This document shows positions 1 through 14,190 of a stretch of DNA of 63,858 bases, one piece after another. Numbering within the stretch: position 1 is the stretch's first letter; the number at the start of each line of letters is the position of its first letter. Source of the DNA: Octopus bimaculoides (taxonomy: Eukaryota). The stretch is from positions 132,206,330 to 132,270,187 of the forward strand of contig NC_068982.1 in the NCBI RefSeq assembly GCF_001194135.2. The letters are read 5' to 3'. A program made the translations under genes and the position numbers. The notes beneath the pieces are model-generated. The model made no database searches and was not told where the DNA came from. It worked only from the letters and a program-made list of their open reading frames with translations.

Positions 1-396
1 ACATTTTGGTATTCTGAAGCAGATGCAGATGGGTTTTTTGGTTTTTTTTTAGTTTTTATTTCCATTTTTTTTATTCGTTCCATTTTTTTTATTCGTTCCA
101 TTTTTTTTTCTTTCGTGATCAATGTTAAAATCTGAATACAATGCTTCAGTTAATTACAGGAAATACACATGGAAAGATATAGCCACACTTACACGCAAAA
201 ATTACTACATGCATACATACGTATATGCACACATGCATATATATGCACGTATGTACGTACTTATGCACAGGCGCACATAACTAACAAGCGGAAACCACTA
301 GTAAACACATATGTACGCATACATATATAACTAGACTCCCACAATGACACCTACCCTCACACATCTACACGCACGCACAGACATGCATACACAAGC

Positions 397-398
<2 letters not shown>

Positions 399-437
<39 letters not shown>

Positions 438-485
438 CTCTCTCTCTCTCTCTCTCTATCTCTATCTCTCTTTCTCTCTCTCTCA
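399..485. repeat. Compound (CA)n(CT)n microsatellite
   Basis: Direct reading. Confidence 0.97.
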
Positions 486-1077
486 CTCGCACGTATACAC
501 ACCTAGCTGCACTCACGTGTGTTGATTTAACAAAATATCCGTATATTCTAGACTGACACTGAAGTATGCCATTAATACCTGTGGGCGTAATTTATTCACT
601 TTCTAATTGCGTAAGATAAAGATACGGCGCGAAAGGTAATTTGTCTGCTTGATCTATATGTGATAAAGATAAAAAACAGAGATTGATGTTAAAACAAACG
701 AATTAAAAATATAACGAAGCATTATGAAGACTAGATGGACCAGGAAGTGTCACTTTTATTCATTTAGTTCAGCTGCCCTGTTTGTAAACAGTACATACAT
801 CATATTGCTTTTATATGTTAATGTAATTATTTATTTACATAGAAAATATTCCAGCCATCTAAATCATTTCTCACTTCTTTTTTCGTTAGCTATTATGTTT
901 AAGTTGCGTGTTGCAGATGATTGAGTCAGTTTAGACATGGGGCAACGAACTGAAGGGTTAATTGTATCTGTGGCCAACACGCTGAACACTCAAAAGATTT
1001 AATCCATGTAAATGTCACGTGGACAACACATTTCTCGCTAAAAACAACAAAACCACAGTTTTATTAATGATTTTTTT

Positions 1078-1260
1078 AAGGCGGTGACAGCATTTTTCCC
1101 GGTTTTACGTTCCTACTTCAAATTTTGCCGACGTCGACTTGTCCATCCTTCTGGTATCGATAAAATAAGTGCCACTACGCTACTGAAGTTGATGTAATAT
1201 CGACATACCCTCTCTCCCAAAATTTCAGGCCTTCTGCTTTGAGTAGAAAAAAATAATAAT
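1078..1260 (+). mobile_element. SINE family A, internally deleted copy
   Basis: Shares the core and the aaatttcaggcctt tail with other copies. Confidence 0.75.
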
Positions 1261-2000
1261 CGCTTTATTAGCTTGTGCGGTGCTCAATTCTTCATAAAGA
1301 TTTATACTCTATTAACCAGCTTCAATTTATAGTTCTTAGTTGTGTTGGCCAGTCTTATTATGAACTCTGATCTTGGTTATAGATTTCATGTGAATTCTGT
1401 GGTATAATGCGCCATCCAGTCATACATTAATCATGCACTGATGTAAAACGAATGATTTTTCTCTTCCTAAACTCCTGACAGACAAGATATTTATTTCACA
1501 ACGCTTTTAACAAGAAGCCTTTTTCAGTAATCCGAATACATAATAAGATATTGTATGCAACTGCTGACCTTCACTAACAATAGATTCATTGTCAGCTGTC
1601 TGTTGAAGTTCATATAATAAATCCACAAGAAATAATGGAACAAACAACAAAACCACCCCTTTATCGGTCGCTCAGAAAAAAACAGTGCATTGAATGAATT
1701 TATGTTCACACTCACAGAACTTATCGTACAGCTTCAGAACATAATCTACATTAGGGAAATTTTTAGGATTCTTGATAATTAGCCAACAATCAATCTCTAT
1801 ATTGAGAGAACAATATTATTTTAATGTTTCATTAATTTCAGTCACTTGATTATGACCACGCTGGAGCACTACTTCAATGGTTTAGTCGATTATACCGACT
1901 CAGTAATTATTTCATTTGATGCATATATTACCGAACCTCAAACAAACACCGGTTGTCGAACGGTGAAACACCAACATAAAGACGTACACAAACACACAAA

Positions 2001-2001
<1 letters not shown>

Positions 2002-2038
<37 letters not shown>
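2002..2038. repeat. (CA)n microsatellite
   Basis: Direct reading. Confidence 0.97.
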
Positions 2039-2040
<2 letters not shown>

Positions 2041-3890
2041 GACAAATTGTCTAGAGCACAAATATTAAAATTAAGCTATGCATAACTGTGGTCGATAAAA
2101 TTCTGACTGCAATACAACGAACCAAACATTCGGCTCCAATGTACCTTCAGTTGGGAAGAGAAAAGATATCGAACACGGTCCTTCTGATAAGCGATCAATA
2201 AACTGCAACCGGCTCAGTTAGGAATCTCCTCAATCTTTTTCTGCACTCGATAGAACGGCACGAGTATGTTTACGTTCTTATAATTTCGTTTCACCGCTAA
2301 AATTTTCACGTGTAGGTGTACAAGATAGCCAAAAGAATGCACATTGAATGACTATAAAGTCAGTGTTCATGATTTTTCTGAGAGAAGATTCAGCAGTGGT
2401 TAAGTGGCTTCTGCCAGTGTATTAATAATGTACTCTGGTAATTCTCGATCCTCCCAAACTGGCCTTTAAAGCACAAGACCTATTGAAATTTTCGGTAGAG
2501 GAATTATTAATTCACGTGACGTCAGGTCATGTTCACACATTGATGCGTCGGTGTGACACATCCTAAAGCCAACGTTCCTCCAAGTCCATTGGATCTCTTC
2601 TACTATTTGACCTGTAACTCGAGTAGTTGACAGGTTCTACCACAAACACGGGAACAGTATTAACTAAACGATATCTCCATACCTTACCGAGGACTATTTT
2701 AGAATATTCTATAGCCTGTATGCGCCCCATATCTGATCATAGAATAAAGCAAAATAAAACATATTTTTATTCTGAACCAATTGAATTTAGAATATTCTTT
2801 CATTGGAACTAAATATACAATAAGATAAATAAATATAAATAATTAGATAAAAAATATGTTCAAAGACTTATCGCCTCCGTATTTTAAATATTGCTATAGC
2901 AACCTGTATCATCTATAATTAGTTATGTTGTAACTATCAATATATCAGATAAAATGAATGCCTGAAAATTGTATAAGATTTTCAAAATTGCCGGAATGAA
3001 AGAAGACTAATTCATTTCTAAATCGAATAAGATTTCTCAAAGGAAAGGAAGAAAATTAAGAATTTTATAATTATAATTCAAGAATAAGTTTTATAGTTTC
3101 TTAGCAAAAAAAAAAAGCAAACTTGATCCTGAATTATGATGTACAAGTACAAAACTTCTGATTGAAAACTGATGATAGAAGACAAATACAATGAGTATCC
3201 CTCTACATGCGTCTAGAATCTATTGAGATCAAGAATCACACTAGCAATGAAATAACAAGCTTTAATTAAGTTCTTTCATTTCAAAAGAGTATTTCTAGTG
3301 AAAAATTTCAATACAGGATTTAAATCAGTAACTTTGTTTAGTAATGATCGATTTTGTTAAGGCATATATCCATGTTATTCTTGTAGATGAGAAGTATATT
3401 CAGTTTCCTTGGTCCAATTTGTTACTGATGTCGCCTCCAACGTCATTTGACGTAAAGGACCTCAATGAAAATCGATATTGTTTTTGAATATTTATTATAT
3501 TGCTGATTTATCAAAATATTATGAAATTGATTGCGATATTTTTACTATTTCGAGGTATCTAAATATATTTATAAGCGTTTTTACGGTGGAACTCAAAGTA
3601 GGTAAAGCTATAAATAACAGCGTATGAATATTGAAATAGTGGGGTAATAAAAACTATTAGATGGAAAGAAGTGGAAGGGCAGCCTTCGACTTTTTTTTTA
3701 CTCCAATGGGTTTCTATAATTCAAATTCTACACGCCATTACTTATAGCTTTATCTACTTGTTTCGCATTAGATAAAATAATTCTCTCAAAGTAATATAAA
3801 ACTCATTTAATTTTTGCTTGTAAGAACAAGGCTTCTAAAATAGAGGGAGAGAATTCGAATTGTTCCCTAGTTACAATGATAAGCACGTCT

Positions 3891-4111
3891 TATTTCTTTA
3901 TTGCCCACAAGGGGCTAAACATAGAGGGGACAAAAAAGGGATTAAGTCGATTACATCGACCCAGTGCGTAACTGGTACTTAATTTATCGACCCCGAAAGG
4001 ATGAAAGGCAAAGTCGACCTCGGCGGAATTTGAACTCAGAACGTAACGGCAGACGGAATACTGCTAAGCATTTCGCCCGGCGGGGTAACGTTCTGCCAGC
4101 TCACCGCCTTT
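3891..4111 (-). mobile_element. Full-length tRNA-derived SINE (family A) with exact 14-bp TSD
   Basis: Head GGCGGTGAGCTGGCAGAA...GAGTTCAAATTCC and core GTCGACTTTGCCTTTCATCCTTTCGGGGTCGATAAA. TSD tgataagcacgtct at 3877-3890 and 4112-4125. Confidence 0.92.
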
Positions 4112-4475
4112 TGATAAGCACGTCTGTCATGTTCACAGATGTGGTTTCATGCTCCACAAGAAGCCTTCGACTAATTTTGCCATACCAATAGTATTTTTAA
4201 CCGCTATAATTCATAGCTTTATCTACTTCCAGTTCCACACTGAAAAAAGAATTTACTTCAATTCTCAAGTGTTCTAAATTCTTATAACATAGAAATATTT
4301 TAAAAAGCACCGCCTACGGTGAGCTTGTAGGCCCTTACACCATTTTCATAAACTTCTCCAAGTTCACGTACACACATTTTTTGTTCCCTACCTTCGTCGA
4401 TTTTGCCAACTTTTATCCAGATGCCAATGACGCTTCTGTATCTTGTGGAATCTCTTTATCTTTCTCTTGTGTCAG

Positions 4476-4975
4476 TCATTAGACTGCAGCCATTCTGAGG
4501 CACCACAAAGTATTTTAGTTGAACGAATCAACCCCATTACGTTTTCTTTAAGCCTGGTATCTATTCTATCGGTTTATTTCGCTAAACCACTAAGTTACTG
4601 GGATGTAAACGAACCAACACCAGTTATCACTCGATGGGGGAGGGACAAACACAGAAACAAAGGCACACGTGCGCGCGTGTATCAGGTCACTCTTGTGCTA
4701 CTGGTAACCTGCAACTCAGAACACCCTGTTGCGTGATAGGATCGTGAGCGACTAAACCAGCATCCTCACCAAGCTTGCTAACGGTTCTGTCAGCTCGACG
4801 CCTTAATAAGGTACATGCTCGGGGTTTCTCACAGTTTCTGTATACTATGTTCATTCTATAGCCCGAAGATATAGTTCAAGACACTTGCCGTAAGTACCGT
4901 GTAGTAGAACTGAATCCAAACACGTAGCTGCAAAGTGAGCTTCTTAACCACAGCTACGCATGCGCTATATTTGGA
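4476..4975 (-). mobile_element. Diverged SINE family B copy interrupted by a foreign segment (about 4681-4812)
   Basis: 3' part at about 4476-4670 and 5' part at about 4820-4975. The insert ends in a family-A-like head (gttctgtcagctcgacgcc). Confidence 0.6.
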
Positions 4976-5511
4976 GCTGCATAACCTCATGAATACGGTC
5001 ACTAAATTTTAAATAATTATGCTCAGTTATTAATCATTTTATTTACCTCCTCCAGAGAATTTCTCAGGTGTATCAGACGTAAGCAAGAATAAATTAGTGT
5101 GAAAGCAAATTGCTTGTTATAATCAACATTTCGAAATTTCGTTGAAATGTGTACGACTGGAATGACCACCAACACCTGCGCGTGCAATTTTCAACATTAC
5201 AACACATCATTCACCTTCAGATTAATTCCAAAAGTCAGTCATCACAAACGCCTACACTAAGCTTCTTTTTATCCACTCCCCGTCCATTACTAAAAATGCA
5301 TCATTTTCTCCGTTTTCTTTCCTTCTCTTCTCTTACCTTTTCCATCACGTATCTTCTGATCCTACGAAGATATTTTCCCACACGCTTGCCTATATTCTGA
5401 CCAATGCAAAAGCGCACGTCGTTTCTCGTTTGATAAGTAGGAACGTGAAATTCAAATGATTAAACGTAAGGTGCCAGCTGCTGCAATTAGATATACATAC
5501 ATAGTAATATG

Positions 5512-5518
<7 letters not shown>

Positions 5519-5575
<57 letters not shown>
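5519..5575. repeat. (AT)n microsatellite
   Basis: Direct reading. Confidence 0.97.
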
Positions 5576-5579
<4 letters not shown>

Positions 5580-5699
5580 CATACATATGTATGTGCATAA
5601 ATACACAAACTATATGGTTCATGAGACTGATAGAACTGAACCCCAAACGAAGATGACTTAATATATATTTTATGAGTCTGGGAGAAGGAATAGTGCCCA

Positions 5700-6420
5700 T
5701 GACCCTTGAAGGTCTTCCGAGACCAGTGAGATTGATGTCGTTTATGTTCCGTTAAACTGCTGTGAGTCGAACTTACAGGAAAGATATCAGCTAAGAGGAT
5801 ACTCCAGACGGCTGTTGTTCAAGTAAGGTAGGTAATGACTGACATATAATTAGGTGCAGGGTTTGGGGAGCTGGAGACAAGTGTTACGAGAGGTGGAGAG
5901 TAATAAGTTAAGAGTGTCTAGGTGATGGAGAAACAAAGCCAGTCAGTTCAAACAAGCAGTGGACATAACAGCTGTGGTAGAAAGAGCAGAAAAATAAGAT
6001 AGCACTTATGAGAAAGAGGCTGGAGCATGTCTGAGACTGGTTTTATGCCAAATCGAGCGGCCTTTCCTTGTATGAAGTCCAGTGTCAATACAGCATTGGG
6101 CATCTCATTCATACTTTCGCTAGTTGGGATGTTAGCTTTCATTAAGTGCTGTTCGTGTTTATTGGTAGGTGGCGTTTTAATACTAGCAATGCTTTTGTGG
6201 TTTCTGTAAACGGAATCAATGCATGTTTAATGTTGATAATGGATGATACATGGTTAGGGAAGGTTGGAGAGGAGCGAAGTGTCTTATTTACATAAAAAAG
6301 GATATTGCTGGAGGTGATGACAAACAGGTCACTTGATACACTGAAGGTTTAAAGACTTGTTTGTTCCAATTCTGTCGGATATTGAACCGTGAAGTTATAT
6401 TTTGGATCAATCGGAGATGG
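5700..6420 (-). mobile_element. Decayed L2/CR1-group LINE, ORF2 3' end
   Basis: Minus-strand translation gives LDFIQGKAARF...LQPLSH and TTAVWSILLADIFPVS, matching the C-terminal ORF2 pattern of L2B/Crack-type LINEs. Frameshifts and stops are present. Confidence 0.7.
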
Positions 6421-7836
6421 TTGTCTAACTCGCTTTAGCAAAGATACCTCTATCGTCAGTAAATGGGTGATTTAGCCATACTGCTTAATCTATGCGACCT
6501 CGCTCACTGTTGAACACTTTACACATTACCGTTTCGACTTCTTTGACTAGCAGGTTACGCAAACAAATTAAATCGTGCTCTGTCAAATCAATACGATTGG
6601 TTTTCTTTACTAACATTTTTGTATGCCCACGCGAAAGAATCACGTGACTAAAGTTAAACTGGCAAACATTCTAACGAGAATGGTATTTCACGAACCTGAT
6701 TTCCTAAGTGATCTTTAACGAAAGCCTTTACTTCGTAGTTACACTAAATATTTGTAACTACAGAATTTATTTCTTTATATCACAAATTAACATTACAAAA
6801 CTAGCATTGATAAGTGTATCTAATTACATTTTCGCCAACGTTCTCGATAAACATTCTCTTTAAATATTTTCTGTCACCGTAAAATTTACTACTTGGTGAA
6901 TTAAATCGTCTGTTTCGATTCTCTAACGTAGTTATTTCATTTCACTACTTTGGTCACAAATACCCTAAATTAAAAAAATGTCACCTTTCCATTTTTTTCT
7001 TTCTAACAGTTTCGAGATTCATATCCTTAAAATGGAACAAATTTTACTTGTAGTTTTTTAGTTTTTTTTTTAATAAAAATTATCTAGAAATGCTTGGTTA
7101 GTATTTATAATTTATCATCTGATATAAATAAATTACAAAGTAATTAAGTATGTAGTATTGCTTTAAAAAAAATAATGCAAGATTAATTATTTTCTTTTAA
7201 GCAAATATATTTTTCGACATTTTAATTTTTATGAATTTCCAAACAAACAATTTCATGGTTTAATAGATTCAAATTAGAAGAATGCCTTGTTTACTGTATT
7301 GTAACCTATAAAATGAAATGTTTCTAACATCTTGATGCCAAAATAAATTTCCCATAACAGATGTGAAAATAAAAATGCGAGATTAAAAAAATTAAGAAAA
7401 CCAATTATTCTAAAGTGTTTAAAAAACATTTAGATTATTGTTTCAAATAAATGAAGCAAGTAAATATTTAGCACAAAAAAAAAGATATTCCTTACATTTC
7501 TGACAGACTTTTCATCAGATATTGAAAAACCTTCTTCAGAACTACTTCACTATTCGCCAGCATATCTTAGGTTTTAGATTTTTACTCAGCTGACTTCTTT
7601 TTATAAATAGCAGACCATTAGTTTTATTGAATTTCACTGATTACATTAAGAAATAGATTATTTTGACTGAGCACAAATAATAATCCGTATTCTCGGAACG
7701 TGCATGCTTTTCCATATCAGAGTTTTGTTTTTTTTTCTCGAACACTAGGATTTTGAAGCCGGCTATCCGGTTTCCACAGCGGTATAAGTGATGAAGATCA
7801 CATTTTCACTGATTGGGATGCCGGTCCGCTTCATGG

Positions 7837-8186
7837 TTCAAGGCCAGCAATTTTGAGGAGAGAGGGTAAGTCTATCACATTGACCCCGAAGGGATGAAAG
7901 GCAAAATTGACCACGGTCGAATTTGAACTCAGAAAGTAAAGAATCGAAAAAAATACCACTAAGCATTTTGTTCGACGCATTAACTATTCTGTCGTTCGAC
8001 ATCTTAATTTTATATGTAATAATCCTACTATAGGGACAAGGCATGAAATTTGGGAAAGGGAGTCGATTAGATCGACCCCAGTACTAAAGCCGTCCTTGGC
8101 AGAATTTTATCTGAGAATGTGAAGACGGACGAAATACTGCTAAGCATTTCGCCCGGAATGCTAACGATTTTGTCAGCTCGCTGCCT
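7837..8186 (-). mobile_element. Two adjacent SINE family A copies (about 7837-8005 and 8018-8186)
   Basis: Both contain the aaggcaaa..gac/gaatttgaactcag core and gctaagcattt head segments. Confidence 0.8.
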
Positions 8187-9917
8187 CGTAACAATGAAAT
8201 AATTTTAACAATCATTGCGCATTCTCACAAAGGGAAAATTCATCTTTTTGACAGATAATCAGAGGCAATTATATTAGGTTGTTAGATAAATTCGTTTTTG
8301 TTTTCTTTCGATGTGGCACTCCATCGTCAAATGTCTGAAAAGAGGTAAAATCTATTCAAATTTCAGACACGATAAAAGAAAAATGTAGAGGCAGAATAGG
8401 GTTAGAAAAACCCCATAAAATACAATGATAAAAATATTTTTCGTGTTAATTCAAATAACATTGGAAAAGATTAAAGTGGGGGGAAAGGGGGGAATTTATC
8501 TGACAACCCAATATTTAATGCTGCATGACTGAAATGAGCATGCTGAGCATTGAAAGTAAACTAATAATTAGCTTAACGTTCGCCGCTGACTACATCGATT
8601 GTGAAGCCAAGATCAAGAACTGCGAAAGACAGATTTGTACGGTCAGTAAAAAATTTTTAAACATTTCTCAAATATATAAATTCTAAATAAGATTCAATTA
8701 GAAAAAAAATTGAAAAAGAATATACTATCAACAAACTGTAAAAAAAATACTCTTTCATGGGTCAATTTTTCCTTTAGGTGGGGAGGTGCTGGTCAAACAA
8801 AGCAAACAATTTTTTTATAATTCTTTGATTTATTTATTTTTATTTATTTTATTTTGGTTTTCTTTCAGGTACAAATATAGAAAATTATATCTGAAATATC
8901 AAGTCCAATTCTGAATATATAAAAAGTAGGCAAATGTCATGAGAAAATGTTGATCTAAACATTATGATTAACAAATAAAATAAAGCAAAAAAAATTAAAT
9001 TATCAAAACTTGTTTAGCTGAAACGATGCTGAAATATACAGTTTATTTATATATTTTTGTATCATGCAAAAACAGATACATAACAATTATCCGTGATATC
9101 TGAAATTTATACACACAGACAATCACACAGAGAGGATTAATGATAAAGTGTATTAGACACGAAGTACCAACAACTGCTGCAATAGACTAACATAAGCAAG
9201 TCAACATTCCTTTGGTTGCTTTCCGAAGTGGTTGAGTTGCACTCAGAGCAGGATGGTGGCTTATACAGCCATATTTTGATTGTAGCGCAAATTTATGACG
9301 AGGACCCTAAAGAGAGGAGATAAACATGAAAATATAGTTTATTATATGATAAACCAGCCTTTCGGTTGAGTCATACTATTGACTTAACCGCCCTTAAATA
9401 AAATGGAAGATCTAAATTACAGATTTTAACTTCCCTCATCAATTTATATCAATGGAAAATAAGCTTTAACAGTTTCTATATTTGTATAAATTTACTCTTC
9501 TCACATTTACGAGTTTGGCGTATCGTCAGAGCCACAAAAGGAATAACTATTTAACTTTTTCAACAAGCATTGTTTTAATAAATATATTTTTCGATATATA
9601 GTTTAGATATACTTATATAAATTTTCTTATAATGATTGATTTTAGTACAAAGGCAGTAATAGTGGGTGCGGGTAGGCTGCTGGTGATGACAATGCTGGCT
9701 TCTATTTTTCTTTTTACGCTAAAAAGTTTCCTCGCGATCCTATGAGGAAAACATTGAAATCTGTTTCTCCAGATCCTTTCTTTCAAAATTTTCTAATCAT
9801 AACTGCGTATTTTATTATCTTACCTTGTGCTGAGAACATTTGTCTGAAACAATCTTCCTCTGAAAATAATTTCCCCTAAGAATAATGAAAACACTTCTTG
9901 GCACAAAAATTAACAAT

Positions 9918-10137
9918 GATAATCCTTTCTGTTGAAGGCACAAGGCCATGAAATTTGTGGGAGTGAGTTAGTCGATTACATCCAGCCCACTATGCAACTA
10001 GTACTTTATTTTATCGACTTTGAAAGGATGAAAGGCAAAGTCGATCTCGGCGGAATTTGAGCTCAGAACGTAGAGACGGACGAAATACCGCTAAGTACTT
10101 TGCCCGTCGTGCTAACGATTCTTCCAGCTCACCGCCG
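9918..10137 (-). mobile_element. SINE family A, near full length
   Basis: Complete head, core and aatcctttct tail. Confidence 0.88.
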
Positions 10138-10274
10138 TAATAATAATACTTTTCAAATTATGTCATCAAATTGTTGAACTGGCGGGAATTTTTCCGAATC
10201 ACATACTTCTGATTAGTGCATTCCACAGTTTAGTTATATTGCTCACATTTTCGTATTTTTTATGACTTATTAAA

Positions 10275-10720
10275 ACTTATAACCCCAAACACACATTCTC
10301 CCAGACATATGATACTTGCATTCTGTGTTCCACACAGGCTTTATACATGTTCAATCTAGACACATCAGGCCTGGACTGAAACACTATTAGAATGTAACAC
10401 CCTAGTCTTCTTCAACAGTATAAGACAATCTCTTTAGATATCAAAGAGAGAGATCGGCACTATACCCTCCTTAATAATGAGCAACACATACTTAAAACAT
10501 TTACAATCCCTAGTTTTCTCATGTGAAAACTTCATATCCACAACAAAACCAAAGTTAACCTGAAGATATTGCGTTCTGTATTATCATAATTTTTGATCAG
10601 TTACAGACATTCAACAAAGTCCAAGTGCAAATCAAAAGTCAAGTCTTTTTAGTTCTTCGGTTAAGATTCAGTTCACAGAAACATTTTCTTCTAATATAAC
10701 AGATTCTGCTCGTCAGAACT
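10275..10720 (-). mobile_element. Decayed L2/CR1-group LINE RT fragment
   Basis: MYKACVEHRMQVSYVW resembles the LYKAxVRPxMEYxSxVW thumb-region motif. Heavily degraded. Confidence 0.55.
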
Positions 10721-11589
10721 AAAACACTGCTTACCACTTTCGCTCCGGTTCATCCGACACGCTTACCTTTCCTTGTTTCCCCATACTTAACATGTTTCAT
10801 CGCTCTAAACCCTACAATATTTGTTTTTATATTCCTTCTCTGAATTTCAATCTATGGAGTTCATATATATCGCACAAATATCAGCTTGCAGAAATTCATA
10901 CTAAGCGTCAACTGCGTCACACACACATTAACTACATTCGAAGGGTTTGAAACGATAGGGAGTGTTATGTAATCTCCTTCGATTGAATATTGTTATTGTC
11001 TAGAAAAGGTATACGTATCAGGTGAAAGTAACCGGAATCATTGTACTCTGTGTAATCCAGTAAATCTGCAATACGCCATTCTCTTTCATTCGTGAAATAT
11101 TTGAATAAGCAGCTGCAAATTAAAAATTGTTATATCCTGTTGTAAAGACACTGCTTTGTCTCTGAAATGCCTTGAGACTTCATAAAGAAAATAGATTATT
11201 ATGAAATATTACTGTCATTCGGCTTAAGTCCTCACAGAGCAGAAAAATTCTTTGCTTCATAAAATAGACTAATTGAACAATTACAACCTGTAATATTCTA
11301 AAATTACAAATTATTAATATCTGTCTAATATAAACAAAATATTGATTTTAGAGATGATTTTGCATTGTTCGTATAACGAATTACCTTCCTCCTAATAGAA
11401 AATATTTTTAATGCTGCTAAATTAATTTCTTTTAAAATGACTCAGAAGTTGAAGGTTGCTACTGTTGTGCCAGAATAATGAGGTTACAAGTTCGCAAACG
11501 AATATCAACTTTGGCTGTAACATCAAAAGTCAGAATTTTAGAATATAAAATACAAATATAAGCGTGTTTGTAATTCTAAAACTTTTTTT

Positions 11590-12800
11590 CAAGATAACTT
11601 TATATATGACCTAAATGTCTCTCCGCACCAGACATCGACATGAAACTTAAACATTCCATGTTCGTAATGCAAGGCATATGCTACAAATCTATCCCGGAGC
11701 ACAAGATCATCACACACAAGAACGAAATCCCAAAGGAGAGGAAAATTCTTAGGACGACAGACAAAGATTGCAAATCGCGTAGACAAACATCTCAAAAGTA
11801 GTGAAAAATCCTGTCTGAAAAACAACACTCACGGAGATTGAGAAAATTCTGCAACAAACCCGTGAAAAAGAGAGAGAGCAGATAAAGAATCCCGGGTATA
11901 AGTCAAACCTTAAATGGAAGGTAAGTGAAATACTGAACGAACGTTTCAAAAGTGTTTTTTAAACCCCATTAGGACACAGGCAAGTAAACAAACCAGCGCA
12001 GTTCTTTGCCACCACATCTAGACCAACGAGATTAATGATTGATTACATCGACATCAAAGAAGATGTAAACCTGGCAATAGATGAGGAAGAAGCAAATTCA
12101 GCTGCTGACCTTGGTGCATCCCCAGCAATCCTTCTCATCTCATGTAAACGAGTCCTAGCAAAACTACTTCAGTTTCTTTTACAGAGAGTGGTAAACTCCC
12201 AGGCAAATTAAAGGAAGCAGCAGAGCTAAAACGAATAGGCCTATCTGTCAGATCTCACACATCAGCAAAGTCATGAGGAAATTAATCACGTCCCTTGAAG
12301 GAAATGACTTGCTGACTAATACCCAGTGTGGCTTTCAACTAGATAGCAGCTGCCCGATACCTCTCTTACAGCACTACGACTTGGCGTTAATGCAGCTGCT
12401 GAGTAACTCATGTGGACGGGATATATCTCGATTTTGATTAAAGTTGACTATGATATCACAAAGTGCGGGACTTTGGCATAATCCAAAAACTTGAAGATGG
12501 CTACGTGACTTTTTAAAGATAGAAGTCAGGCTGTGGTAGCCAATAGAGCTACCTCTGAGGAAACACAAATAGTGAGTGGTTTTTCCTCAGGGCACTGTAT
12601 TAGGGCACTTCTATTCATAGTGGCCATCTCAATCATGCCTCATATGTTCAGATAGCCATCTTTGCTAGCTATGTAGACGACACAAAAGTTTCTCAGGGTA
12701 TACAGAACCCTAGAGACGCTACGCACCTGCAACAAGGGTTAGAAACAATATATAGGTGGGCTGACAACAATTACATGCAGTTTCATGCTGGAAAACATTC
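11590..12800 (+). mobile_element. Decayed CR1-type LINE reverse transcriptase
   Basis: Frameshifted SGFPQGTVLG-like motif, then ASYVDDTKVSQGIQNPRDATHLQQGLETIYRWADNNYMQFHAGK (RT catalytic YxDD and W..N.M.F...K). Many stops and indels. Confidence 0.9.
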
Positions 12801-14190
12801 ATTCATGCCATTAGGTGTCAATAAGTAAACCATACCCGTCACACTCAAGCGTATACGGCATGATAACATGTATATGTGCCTTGATTTTGTAAATTTTTTT
12901 AGGTGCCTATATAATCGCAAGCTGATATGGGCAATCTCTCGGCCTTCCGACACTTGATCCAGCGTAATATTCAAGATATCATAGCTGGAGGAAGAAAGAG
13001 ATATACCAGTCCTGCCCTCGGCTAGTACTTATTTTAGCTGAGTAAAAAGGTGAAGCACGACACGTCATCCAGTCTAGAAATCGAATCCCAACCGCTGGAC
13101 CATATAACTTTCACAATACATTCATATATAGCTTTCGATATCATTTTTAAGATAGTAGGCTATGATTTAAGGGAAATTTTGCAACTATTTCTGATATGTC
13201 AAGTGTCAATGTACCAGTGAGTATTGCTGGAGGCCGTGTACAAAAGTAGTGTATGCATACTAAACCAGAAAAATGCTAATGTACTTTTATAGATTAATCC
13301 TGGATTGCTTAACACGAAAAGAAAATATTTTAAATGAAGCGGTATAACATTAAATTGTTTTATAATTTAAGTGATTTCTTATACACAAAAATTTTGTCTA
13401 ATTCATTTTGAGAAAAGACAGAAGATTTGAAGTATTTATGCATTTAATGAAACGTAGATTTCCTTTATGAAACTTGGGCGTTTCAACCAAAATATTCAGA
13501 TTTAGTGAAGTAAACTATCCCTGGTCGATACAAAAGCGGGTTGTAGTTTTGACTTGATGCGAGTTCATCCACACCACTAACTATCGCTTTATATAAGAAA
13601 AAATATATAAGACTAAATCGATCGCAGTATGTTACGGGTATTTATTTTTTAACTGATTTGAAAAGAAAGCCTCAATTACTGAGGAACTTAGTACACTCAT
13701 TCACATGAAAAATATTGGTAAAACGTAAAGCATCAAATGAATCTAACACTTTTATACATTGTAGTTATTGAATTACTTCCAACAGAAGTTTGATAGAATC
13801 AATCTAAAAAAACTTAGTCCAACACTTTACCGTTTCTACCATCTTACATCACAATTAAAGCGATATCGTTTCCAGTATACTAATGTCAAAGTCACTGGCA
13901 ATATCTCAACAAAATGTATATAAGAAGAAATCGGTCATAAAATGACAATATTTTCATGTTTTTGAGGTCTTTTTATTTTCAGTTTTTATGTTACTTTATT
14001 TTTATTTATTTGCATCTTGTAAACAATCCTGTAATATTCATTTCATTCTAAAGTAAATCATTGAAATGATCGTAGTGGAATTCGAAACTCATTAGCAGAC
14101 ACAGGTTATCAAAAGCTTGTAGCATCATCTGCTATAAGTTGATTCTAGTGTCGATCGAACTCTGAGCATTCAACTAACAAATAATTTAGG

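Noticed and set aside
331-556. ORFs rich in VC/RE/TH/SL dipeptides, and similar ORFs at 5390-5700, 41747, 45751-47068, 58392-58674 and 60124
   Set aside because: They are translations of microsatellites.
3964-4191. ORFs with RKDERQSRPRRNLNSER-like peptides (also 32522, 47384, 47986, 48818)
   Set aside because: They are antisense or sense readings of the same SINE, not protein genes.
7496-7570. Minus-strand open stretch ending at gtaagg
   Set aside because: No credible acceptor and no recognisable product.
9833-9884. Possible minus-strand small exon (GKLFSEEDCFRQMFSAQ) with ttcttag acceptor and gtaaga donor
   Set aside because: No similarity to a cyclin C-terminus and no partner exons found; it could be a cryptic site.
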